From NCBI GenBank assembly GCA_965205855.1, contig OZ242184.1:64001-128000 (forward strand): a DNA stretch of 64,000 nt, in the 5' to 3' direction. Below the pieces are notes generated by a model. The model worked only from the letters and a program-made list of their open reading frames with translations, was not told where the DNA came from and did no database searches. How positions within the stretch are numbered: the stretch's first letter is position 1; each line of letters starts with the position of its first letter. The translations under genes and the position numbers were made by a program. The stretch comes from Thermodesulfobacteriota bacterium. GTDB taxonomy: Bacteria; Desulfobacterota_D; UBA1144; Nemesobacterales; Mycalebacteriaceae. Positions 48,890-57,249 of this stretch are shown one piece after another.

Positions 48890-50620
48890 ATGAAACTTCT
48901 TTTCAGACCGCGCGATAAACAATTTGTCGGCGAGGGAGACCTGCCGTTTGGAACTTTTGACAACACCGGACAGTGGCTGCCGGTTTTCCGCTATCTGGAA
49001 GCGGGCGCGGAGAGGTTTGCGGACAAAATTCTTTTCAGTGTAGCGGACTCCGGCGGCAAGGTGAAGGAAAGTTACTCATACGGCGCGGCGAACGGCAAAG
49101 TGAACCGGATTACCAACGCGCTTGCCGGCGAACTCGGCGTGAAAAAAGGCGAAACGGTCGGCATATACATGCTCAACCGCGCGGAGTTTGTGCTTTCAAT
49201 CCTTGCGATACACAAATCGGGCGGAGTTCAGGTTCCCGTCAATAAAGATGAAAAGGGAGAGCGGCTCGCCTATATTCTCAACTACTCCGAACAGAGAGTT
49301 CTCATGACCGACAAAGACAGCCTGCCTTTGCTGCTTGAAATCTCAGACGATATTGAAAATCTGGAATTCATATTTGTCGCCGATTCTGACGGTCCACAAG
49401 ACCTCCCAGAAAAACTCGGCTCGGCAAAGGTTTTGCCGTTTTCTTTTTTTGACAAATTTCCCGGACAAAACCCCAGAGTTGATGTTTCTGTCTCGGATGT
49501 GGAAAGGTGCATGTTCACATCCGGCACAACCGGAATGCCGAAAGGGGTTTCAAGAAACCACAGCGGCGTGGTGCTGACGGTGCGGGCGTACCTTGAGCAT
49601 CAGGGGATAAGAAGCGGGGATGTGCTTATGACTGTGCTTTCTCTTGCTCACGCGAATGCGCAGGCGATGTGCCTGTTTGCAAGCATAATGGCGGGCGCGG
49701 AGTGCGTGATTTTTCCGCGTTTTTCCGCATCCGGTTTCTGGAAGTGGGCGGCGGACTGCGGGGCGACTGTTACAAACATGCTCGGCTCCGTTCCCGAATA
49801 TCTTTGGGCTTCGGCTCCGTCCGGACACGACAGAAAACACCGCGTCAGAACAGTTCTCGCGGGTCCCGCTCCCAAAAACCGCGCAGAGTTTGAAAACCGT
49901 TTCGGCATAAGGGTTGTTGAGGGATATGGCTCAACGGAAATGGGAATGGTGCTGTGGCAGTATGCCGAGGATTTCCGCCCCGGCTCCTGCGGATTTGTGA
50001 CGGCGGGCTATCATGTGGAGATAAGAGACCCGGACGATACGGACAGGGTTGTTGAAGATATGTGGGACACCGCCTGTGACGACTCTCCGCCGGACGGATG
50101 TGTGGGTCTGCTGTTTATCCGTCCGCTCATACCGGACACAACACTGAATGAGTATTTCAAAGATCCGGAGCGGACGCGGCAGGTTTTTGATGCGGAGGGT
50201 TTTTTTAATTCCGATGACCTTTTTGCGCGGGGAGCGGACGGCAGATACTACTTTCAGGGCAGATACAGCAGAATAAGGGTTTCGGGAGAGAATGTTGACC
50301 CCAACGCCGTTGCCAACACCGCCCTGAAGCACGAATCGATCAATCAGGCAGTTGCCCTCGGAGTAAGGTTGCCGGAGGTTTCCGATGACGAAATCAAACT
50401 GAACATAGTGCTTGAAAAAGGGGCACGGTTTGACCATGAGCAGTTTTGTAAATGGATGGCGGAACGGGTTGCCGTCTATATGGTTCCGAGGTTTATTCAT
50501 ATACACAAACAGTTTCCACTGACCTCAACTCAGAAGATTAATCTCGGTGCTTTGAAACTTCTCGGAGAAACAACCTGGGACAGAAGCAAATCGGGCCTCA
50601 ATCTGAAAACAAGAAAGTGA
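48890..50620 (+). CDS. CaiC-like acyl-CoA ligase, paralog 1
   Basis: FTSGTTGMPKG, GYGSTE, RVSGENV, TSTQK. Confidence 0.85.
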   Translation: MKLLFRPRDKQFVGEGDLPFGTFDNTGQWLPVFRYLEAGAERFADKILFSVADSGGKVKESYSYGAANGKVNRITNALAGELGVKKGETVGIYMLNRAEFVLSILAIHKSGGVQVPVNKDEKGERLAYILNYSEQRVLMTDKDSLPLLLEISDDIENLEFIFVADSDGPQDLPEKLGSAKVLPFSFFDKFPGQNPRVDVSVSDVERCMFTSGTTGMPKGVSRNHSGVVLTVRAYLEHQGIRSGDVLMTVLSLAHANAQAMCLFASIMAGAECVIFPRFSASGFWKWAADCGATVTNMLGSVPEYLWASAPSGHDRKHRVRTVLAGPAPKNRAEFENRFGIRVVEGYGSTEMGMVLWQYAEDFRPGSCGFVTAGYHVEIRDPDDTDRVVEDMWDTACDDSPPDGCVGLLFIRPLIPDTTLNEYFKDPERTRQVFDAEGFFNSDDLFARGADGRYYFQGRYSRIRVSGENVDPNAVANTALKHESINQAVALGVRLPEVSDDEIKLNIVLEKGARFDHEQFCKWMAERVAVYMVPRFIHIHKQFPLTSTQKINLGALKLLGETTWDRSKSGLNLKTRK

Positions 50621-50678
50621 AGTTATCTTGATTTTTCCGCATTTTCTTATTAAATTAAGAAAAATTTTTTCCGGAGGG

Positions 50679-51266
50679 ATGTTTACTATGAGCAGATTTG
50701 CTTTTTTGCTTTCTTTATCTCTGTTCCTTGTTGTGTCGGGAATGTCTTCGGGCGCATCGGCGTCACCGATTAGCGACAACGCCCGCTCCAGCGGAATACA
50801 GGTCTGCGCGGACTTGCTCACACGCGAGACTCAAGAGGGATGGCTGAATAACCCTTCTCTTGTTACCAGTGATTTTGTCGCTCCGGGCGGCCCGCAAGAT
50901 GCTGATAACAACCCTTTCTTCTCGGTCGCTTTGGTACAGGCCGGCGGTGAAACGGGAACTATCCATGTCACCACCACGGCATCGCCGTCTGTGCCTTCTC
51001 AGGAAAAAGGCGGTTTTTTCGGCAAGGACAAGAGCGAAGCGAAGTGCAGTCTTCAAATCAGCGAGACCTTTTTGTATTCCAATGCCTGTGAGGCGCTGTC
51101 TCTTGAGCTTTCGCAAGCGGGTTTCCAATCCAGCCCGCTTGGAGACTATGCGACATTGATGAAGAAAATAGAGGGCTCAAATCCCTATAATTTCTTCTAC
51201 CTGACTCAGGCTAACCAGGGCAATAACTGCCTTGTAACAAGAAGGAAGATTCGCTACTTGCAGTAG
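50679..51266 (+). CDS. Secreted hypothetical protein with four Cys
   Basis: SD GGAGG, signal peptide ending ASA. Confidence 0.7.
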   Translation: MFTMSRFAFLLSLSLFLVVSGMSSGASASPISDNARSSGIQVCADLLTRETQEGWLNNPSLVTSDFVAPGGPQDADNNPFFSVALVQAGGETGTIHVTTTASPSVPSQEKGGFFGKDKSEAKCSLQISETFLYSNACEALSLELSQAGFQSSPLGDYATLMKKIEGSNPYNFFYLTQANQGNNCLVTRRKIRYLQ

Positions 51267-51268
51267 TC

Positions 51269-52216
51269 TCAGTTTTTTTCAAACACAAAAAAGAGAAAAA
51301 CCGCGTAGAAAAGCAACAGGAGGATTCCCTTTCCTCTTCCTATGGTCGCGCCTTTTTTCAGAAAAAGCGCGGCGATTATGCTTATTGCGATTGCGAACGG
51401 CAGTTCAAATCTCGGTATGCTCGAGTCTATGCTGAGCGGAAGTATTGAAGAAGTCAGCCCCAGAATCAATATATTGAACAGGTTGCTTCCTATAAGGTTG
51501 CCAATGGCGATTGAATCCTCGCGCCGCGCGACCGCCGAAAGGGACGAGACAAGCTCGGGAAGCGAAGTTCCCACGGCTACTGCGGTTACGCCGATTATAA
51601 TCTCCGGCACCTGTGCTCTGCGGGCTATTCCCACCGCGCCTTCAACGACAATGTCGCTTCCGAGCAAAAGTGTCGCAATCCCTGTTGCGGTCAGAAGCAC
51701 CGATCCCCAAAGGCCTCCCGTCGCCGGTTGAGGCTCAGGGTTTCTGTTCGTTTTTGCCGACTGCCTGAGATACAGATACACGATGAGAGGCAGGAGAAGA
51801 GCTATTAAAACTTTCCCCTCTCCGCTACTGAGCGTGCCGTCTTTGCAAAGAAAGAGCAGCAAGCAAAGAAAAACCACAGCCGCCGCCGCTTCCACCCTGA
51901 TACCCTGCCGTACCTGAATTGCGCCCACGGCTGCGCTGATGCCGACTATCAGACCTATGTTTGAAATGTTGCTACCGATTATGTTTCCCGTGGCAATGTC
52001 CGCGGAGCCCTTGAACGCTGCAACAAGGCAGACGAGAAGCTCCGGCAGTGAAGTTCCGACTGCTATTACCGTAAGGCCTATAATCAGAGGGCTTATTCCC
52101 ATTCTTGCGGAAATTTTGGAGCTTCCTTCAATTGCCGAATCCGCTCCCATCCACAGGCCTGCTATGCCGGCGACAAGCAAAGTGATTTCAAAAAATATCG
52201 AGTCAAAAAACATCAT
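51269..52216 (-). CDS. YrbG-like Ca2+/Na+ antiporter
   Basis: Two GTSLPE...GN..GSN alpha repeats. Confidence 0.92.
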   Translation of the reverse strand: MMFFDSIFFEITLLVAGIAGLWMGADSAIEGSSKISARMGISPLIIGLTVIAVGTSLPELLVCLVAAFKGSADIATGNIIGSNISNIGLIVGISAAVGAIQVRQGIRVEAAAAVVFLCLLLFLCKDGTLSSGEGKVLIALLLPLIVYLYLRQSAKTNRNPEPQPATGGLWGSVLLTATGIATLLLGSDIVVEGAVGIARRAQVPEIIIGVTAVAVGTSLPELVSSLSAVARREDSIAIGNLIGSNLFNILILGLTSSILPLSIDSSIPRFELPFAIAISIIAALFLKKGATIGRGKGILLLLFYAVFLFFVFEKN

Positions 52217-52457
52217 TTGATTATGGCGGGGCGTCTTGCCTCGAAGTTGACGGCGGAATTATAAACCATAACGCGGTTTTGACTACATAAGGACTCTGCC
52301 GCATTTGCGGCAAGCCCCGTTTTGTTCGCGTAAGTTGAAATTGTTTTTGAATTTGGATAGCTTTTCCCTTCATGGCTTGAGGGATTAAGCGGGTCGATTT
52401 TTCATTGGTTAAGACCGCGCAACTTCACACTATCACAACCTGAGGAGGACTAAAATA

Positions 52458-54188
52458 ATGCGCCTTTTATTCAAACCGCGAGAACGCGAGTATGTGGGAA
52501 CGGGAGATTTGCCTTTCGGCACTTTTGACGACACAACGCAATGGCAACCTGTTACAACAAGTCTTGAAAACGGAGCCGAACAGTTTCCCGACAAGGAGAT
52601 GTTCAAAGTCGGAGATAAAGACGGCAACATCGTCAAAACTTTCACATACAAAGAGACAAACAGCCTTGCCAACAAAGTTGCGAACGGGCTTATAAAAGAC
52701 TTCGGGATTTCAAAGGGAGACAAGGTCGGCATGTATATGCTTAACCGCGCGGAGTATGTGCTTTCCATCATAGCGGCGCACAAAACCGCCGCCGTTCAGG
52801 TTCCAATCAACAAGGACGAAAAAGGCGAGCGTCTTTCATATGTAATCAACTATTCGGAAATGAAGGTTCTCGTTGCAGACTCGGGAAGCATCTCATTTCT
52901 TGAAGAAATCGCCGGAAATCTTGAGAAACTTGAAGCGGTTTTTATTGTCTCCGAAGGAGATGAAAAACTTCCCGCAAGCATAGGAAAAGCGAAGGTTCAT
53001 CCTTTCTCCGTGTTTGACGGTTCCGATGATTCAAACCCCGGAGTTGAAATTTCCGTGGATGATATGGAAAGATGTATGTTCACTTCCGGCACTACGGGAA
53101 TGCCCAAAGGGGTTGCCAGAGACCACGGTGGTGTTGTTATGACCGTAAGGTCCTACATACAGCAACAGGGAATTCGCAGTGATGATGTGCTTATGAGCGT
53201 TCTTTCCCTCGGTCATGCGAACGCTCAGGTAATGTGTCTTTTCAGCGCCATGGGAGCGGGTGCGACCGCGGTGTTCTTCCCGCGTTTTTCCGCTTCCAAT
53301 TTTTGGAAATGGGCCGCGGGTTGCGGAGCAACGTCGGTCAATATGCTTGGCGCGGTTGCGGAATATCTTTGGTCTGCTCCCCAGAGCGAGTGGGACACCA
53401 AACACAAAGTCAGGATAATGCTTGGCTCTCCCGCTCCGAGAGACCTGGACCAGTTTCAACAGAGATTTAACGTAAGGGTCATTGACGGATACGGTTCAAC
53501 GGAAATGGGAATGGTTCTCTGGAAAGACCCTGAAGACCACCGTCCCGGCTCTTCAGGTTTTCCGATGGAGGGATACCATGTTGAGCTTAGAAATCCGGAC
53601 AATATAGAAGAGCCGGTAAAATATTTTTGGGACCCTTCGGATAACATAACCCCGCCGGATGAAGCAAAGGGGCTTCTTTTTATAAAGCCGCTTATTACGC
53701 ACACGACCCTTAACGAATACTTCAAGGACGAGAGGCGCACACGAGAGGCTTTTGATGACGAAGGTTTTTTCAACTCGGATGACCTTTTTGCCAGAGGGAT
53801 TGACGGCAGATATTACTTCGCCGGAAGATACAGCAGAATAAGGGTTTCGGGTGAAAACGTTGACCCTATCGCCGTTTCGGACGAGGCTATGCAGTATGCG
53901 GCGATACAGGAGGCGATTGCGGTTGGCATGAGGCTTCCCAATGTTTCGGACGATGAGATAAAACTCTGCGTAACATTGAAAAAAGACGAGACTTTTGACC
54001 CTGTTGAGTTCTGCAAATGGATGGCGGAAAGGGTTATCGTGGCAATGGTTCCGCGGTTTATTGAAGTCTACGAGGACGGATTCCCCGTAACCGCCACTCA
54101 GAAAGTCAAAGTTGCGGAGATAAAGGAAATAACGGATAAGACCTGGGACAGAAGCGAGGCAGGACTCAAGTTTAGTGCAAGAAAATAA
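52458..54188 (+). CDS. CaiC-like acyl-CoA ligase, paralog 2
   Basis: FTSGTTGMPKG, GYGSTE, TATQK; colinear with 48890. Confidence 0.85.
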   Translation: MRLLFKPREREYVGTGDLPFGTFDDTTQWQPVTTSLENGAEQFPDKEMFKVGDKDGNIVKTFTYKETNSLANKVANGLIKDFGISKGDKVGMYMLNRAEYVLSIIAAHKTAAVQVPINKDEKGERLSYVINYSEMKVLVADSGSISFLEEIAGNLEKLEAVFIVSEGDEKLPASIGKAKVHPFSVFDGSDDSNPGVEISVDDMERCMFTSGTTGMPKGVARDHGGVVMTVRSYIQQQGIRSDDVLMSVLSLGHANAQVMCLFSAMGAGATAVFFPRFSASNFWKWAAGCGATSVNMLGAVAEYLWSAPQSEWDTKHKVRIMLGSPAPRDLDQFQQRFNVRVIDGYGSTEMGMVLWKDPEDHRPGSSGFPMEGYHVELRNPDNIEEPVKYFWDPSDNITPPDEAKGLLFIKPLITHTTLNEYFKDERRTREAFDDEGFFNSDDLFARGIDGRYYFAGRYSRIRVSGENVDPIAVSDEAMQYAAIQEAIAVGMRLPNVSDDEIKLCVTLKKDETFDPVEFCKWMAERVIVAMVPRFIEVYEDGFPVTATQKVKVAEIKEITDKTWDRSEAGLKFSARK

Positions 54189-54687
54189 TCTTCGCGGAAC
54201 CGTTGCAGAAAGGGGCTTTATGAAGTTGGCGCTTCATGAGGCGGAGATTGCCGCGCAAAAGGGAGAGGTTCCCGTGGGGGCTGTTATCGCGGACTTGCGA
54301 GGAAGGGTTCTTTGCTCGGCGCACAATGAGAGGGAAACCCTGTGCGACCCCACCGCCCATGCCGAGGTTCTTGCAATACGGCGCGCGGCCCAAAAGGCCG
54401 AAGGCTGGAGGCTGCCCGGAACGGTTCTGTATGTTACCCTTGAGCCTTGTATAATGTGCATGGGGGCTGTGCTTAATTCGCGCATTAGTACGGTGGTTTT
54501 CGGAGCATATGACGCCGAGGCGGGAGCGCTTGAGAGCAACTTGGGAGTCGGAACCGATGGCGGGGAAAGCCGTGCGGTCGGCTACCGGGGTGGTGTTATG
54601 GAGAAAGAATGCTCCGATGTCCTCAGAAGTTTTTTTCATAATTTGAGGCGGGAAAGGGCTCACTCTTGGTCTCGCTTACGGAGGTAG
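54175..54687 (+). CDS. tadA: tRNA adenosine deaminase
   Basis: GEVPVGAV, DPTAHAE, LYVTLEPCIMC. Confidence 0.9.
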   Translation: MQENNLRGTVAERGFMKLALHEAEIAAQKGEVPVGAVIADLRGRVLCSAHNERETLCDPTAHAEVLAIRRAAQKAEGWRLPGTVLYVTLEPCIMCMGAVLNSRISTVVFGAYDAEAGALESNLGVGTDGGESRAVGYRGGVMEKECSDVLRSFFHNLRRERAHSWSRLRR

Positions 54688-54689
54688 AA

Positions 54690-55832
54690 ATGTCACTTAA
54701 CTTTGAACTGAGCGATGAGCAGATACTTTTTCAGGAGACTCTGGCGGCTTTTTGCGCGAAAGAGATAGAGCCTCTTGTTGAGGAGCACGAAAAAGAGGAG
54801 AAATTCCCCAAACATATATTCCCTATGCTCGGTGAGATGGGCTTTCTGGGAATCATGTATCCCGAAGAATACGGCGGAGTCGGAATGGACAAGATAACCG
54901 ATTGCATTTTTGCCGAAGAGATGGGAAAAATCTGGTCTGCGGCGGCAATGGCTGTGAACGCCCATGTCGGGCTTGCGTGCTTTCCGGTTTACAAGTTTGG
55001 AACCGAGGAGCATAAACAGAAATATCTTGTTCCTGGACTTAAGGGAGAGAAAATCGGCGCTCTGGGGCTGACCGAACCCGGAGCCGGTTCCGATGCGAGA
55101 AGCATAAGATCTCAAGCGGTCAAAAAGGATGGCAAGTACATACTGAACGGCACAAAAACCTGGATAACGAACGGGAGCATGGCGGATTTTGCCATTGTCG
55201 CGGCTTATACGGACAATACAAAAAAGGGAGAGGGGATAAGCATATTCATAGTGGAAAAAGACTTTCCAGGCTTCGGTGTGAGCGGAAAGATACACAAGCT
55301 TGGACACCGCGCCGCGGACACATCGGAGCTTATTTTTGAAAACTGTGAAGTTCCCGAAGAGAACCTTCTGGTGGGTGAGGGCGGTTTTGGTTTGGCGATG
55401 GAGACTCTGCTGGGCGCGCGTATAACCCATGCCGCAAAGTCGGTGGGTCTTGCGCAAGCCGCTCTTGAATACGCCCTCCAGTATTCAAAAGAAAGGGAGA
55501 CTTTCGGCAAGCCCATTTCCAAACATCAGGAGATAAGTTCCAAACTTGCCACAATGGCGGTCAAAGTTGAAACCGCCCGCCTTCTGGTCTATAAAGCCGC
55601 ATGGCTTTATAGTAATGAAAAGCCCGCGCTTAAAGACGCTTCAATGGCAAAACTGTATGCGGCCGATGTAGTCCAATGGGTTACAAGCGAAGCGATTCAA
55701 GTGCTCGGCGGATACGGCTACAGTGTGGAATACAAAGCCGAACGTTTCTTCCGTGATGCCAGACTGTCGTCCATTACGGAAGGAACTTCTGAAATTCAAC
55801 GTCTTGTCATAGCCCGCGAACTGGGTTGCTGA
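54690..55832 (+). CDS. Acyl-CoA dehydrogenase
   Basis: LTEPGAGSD, NGTKTWITNG, LGGYGY, EGTSEIQR. Confidence 0.93.
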   Translation: MSLNFELSDEQILFQETLAAFCAKEIEPLVEEHEKEEKFPKHIFPMLGEMGFLGIMYPEEYGGVGMDKITDCIFAEEMGKIWSAAAMAVNAHVGLACFPVYKFGTEEHKQKYLVPGLKGEKIGALGLTEPGAGSDARSIRSQAVKKDGKYILNGTKTWITNGSMADFAIVAAYTDNTKKGEGISIFIVEKDFPGFGVSGKIHKLGHRAADTSELIFENCEVPEENLLVGEGGFGLAMETLLGARITHAAKSVGLAQAALEYALQYSKERETFGKPISKHQEISSKLATMAVKVETARLLVYKAAWLYSNEKPALKDASMAKLYAADVVQWVTSEAIQVLGGYGYSVEYKAERFFRDARLSSITEGTSEIQRLVIARELGC

Positions 55833-55930
55833 CCGCTTTTGCCCAAACGGCTGTTTGTTAAAAAGTATTGACTTAAAGCGGTTTTTTCTGTTACAAAGCA
55901 ACATAGCTTACTTAAAGGAGGTAAGGAGAA

Positions 55931-56470
55931 ATGGCAGTTGAACAACTGTTTGGTTATGTCCTGCTCTTAGTGGGGTTCGTATTTTTTGCAAACGGTATGA
56001 CCTTGCTTGGAAAAACAGGAGGAAAAGAAGTCGGGGTTTTAAACCTTGGTGTGGGGCTTTTAATAGCTCTTGCAGCGTGGAAAATTCACGCTATCAGCGG
56101 TGCTCTTGCTTATGCAACGGCTCTTATTTCAGTGTTTGCGCTCATCTATCTGCTTGTATATGCGGTTTTTGTGCACGGACATGATGCTAAAGGGCTTGGT
56201 TGGTACTGTTTGTTTGGCACCATTGTTTTTCTATGGTACGCAAAGTTTTTCGGTGTGGGTCTTGCGCCAGCTGGAACCGGACTGTTTGGACTTTTCTGCG
56301 TGGCGTGGGCGTTACTTACTCTGCTTTGCTTTTTTGCCTTTGCGCAGGGTAAAAACCTCGGAACGACTATAGGGTATCTCTTCATAATTGAGGCGTTTCT
56401 CACCCTTCTGATTCCGGGAATGATGCTTCTCACGGAAACATGGAACCCGCTTACGGCAGCCGCCGGCTGA
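55931..56470 (+). CDS. AmiS/UreI family small-solute channel
   Basis: LLLVGFVFFANG, KEVGVLN, GLGWYCLF, AWA.L; about six TM segments. Confidence 0.82.
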   Translation: MAVEQLFGYVLLLVGFVFFANGMTLLGKTGGKEVGVLNLGVGLLIALAAWKIHAISGALAYATALISVFALIYLLVYAVFVHGHDAKGLGWYCLFGTIVFLWYAKFFGVGLAPAGTGLFGLFCVAWALLTLLCFFAFAQGKNLGTTIGYLFIIEAFLTLLIPGMMLLTETWNPLTAAAG

Positions 56471-56508
56471 CGGGGCGATTTTTCCGGCAACGGAAAAAGA
56501 AACTATTG

Positions 56509-56548
56509 AAAAAAAGGAAGACTCCCTTACGGGGGTCTTCCTTTTTTT
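56509..56548 (+). terminator. Intrinsic terminator
   Basis: AAAAAAGGAAGACTCCC-TTAC-GGGGGTCTTCCTTTTTT. Confidence 0.9.
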
Positions 56549-56619
56549 ATGCAACCTCACCGTTTGTCGCGCGTATGTGTGATATAGTCTGACAAGTTGG
56601 AAGGTTTACTGTTTCCGTC

Positions 56620-57249
56620 ATGGCGATAAAGGTCAAAATTGTCAGTCCGCCCCGCCTCAGTTTCTTTGAGCGTCTTTATTTTCCGCAAGTTTTGCAAGGG
56701 TTCCTGATAACTCTGAGAAGTTTTTTCGGCAAGAAAATAACTGTTAGTTATCCCGACGAGGTCAAGGATCTTCCTCCAAACTACCGGGGGCTTCATGAGA
56801 TGCCGGCGGACGATGACGGAAACATAAGATGCGTTGCGTGCAAGCTGTGTGAAGTTGCGTGTCCGACTCAAGCCATTTCAATAGTCAGCGAGCCGGCCGA
56901 TGATTACGGAGTGGAGAGAAGGCCCTCGGTCTATAACATAGATTTTATGCGTTGTGTTTTCTGCGGCTTCTGTGTTGAGGCGTGTCCCTGTGACGCTCTC
57001 AGAATGGGAATGGAATACGAACTTTCTTCCTACAACAGAGCGGGTCTTGTTCATACAAAAGAGGTTTTTTTCAAACCACATCTTAAAAGCGATGCTCCGA
57101 GGGACAACGCAAATTTTCTTTACCAGTACATGAAAGGGAACATCATTGACGACGCCCCCGGAGAGATTGAAAAGGTCAAGGCCCTGGACGGTTCCTATCG
57201 CTCGGCTTCCAGCTTTTCGGGAACGGACAAATCTTCTATTTCGGAATAG
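56620..57249 (+). CDS. nuoI: NADH-quinone oxidoreductase subunit I (2x[4Fe-4S]), stand-alone
   Basis: T.SYPDE, YRGLH, CVACKLCEVACP, CVFCGFCVEACP. Confidence 0.88.
   Translation: MAIKVKIVSPPRLSFFERLYFPQVLQGFLITLRSFFGKKITVSYPDEVKDLPPNYRGLHEMPADDDGNIRCVACKLCEVACPTQAISIVSEPADDYGVERRPSVYNIDFMRCVFCGFCVEACPCDALRMGMEYELSSYNRAGLVHTKEVFFKPHLKSDAPRDNANFLYQYMKGNIIDDAPGEIEKVKALDGSYRSASSFSGTDKSSISE

Noticed and set aside
52297-52312. Palindrome TGCCGCA-TT-TGCGGCA between yrbG and ligase 2
   Set aside because: Single occurrence with no supporting copy; cannot separate an operator from chance
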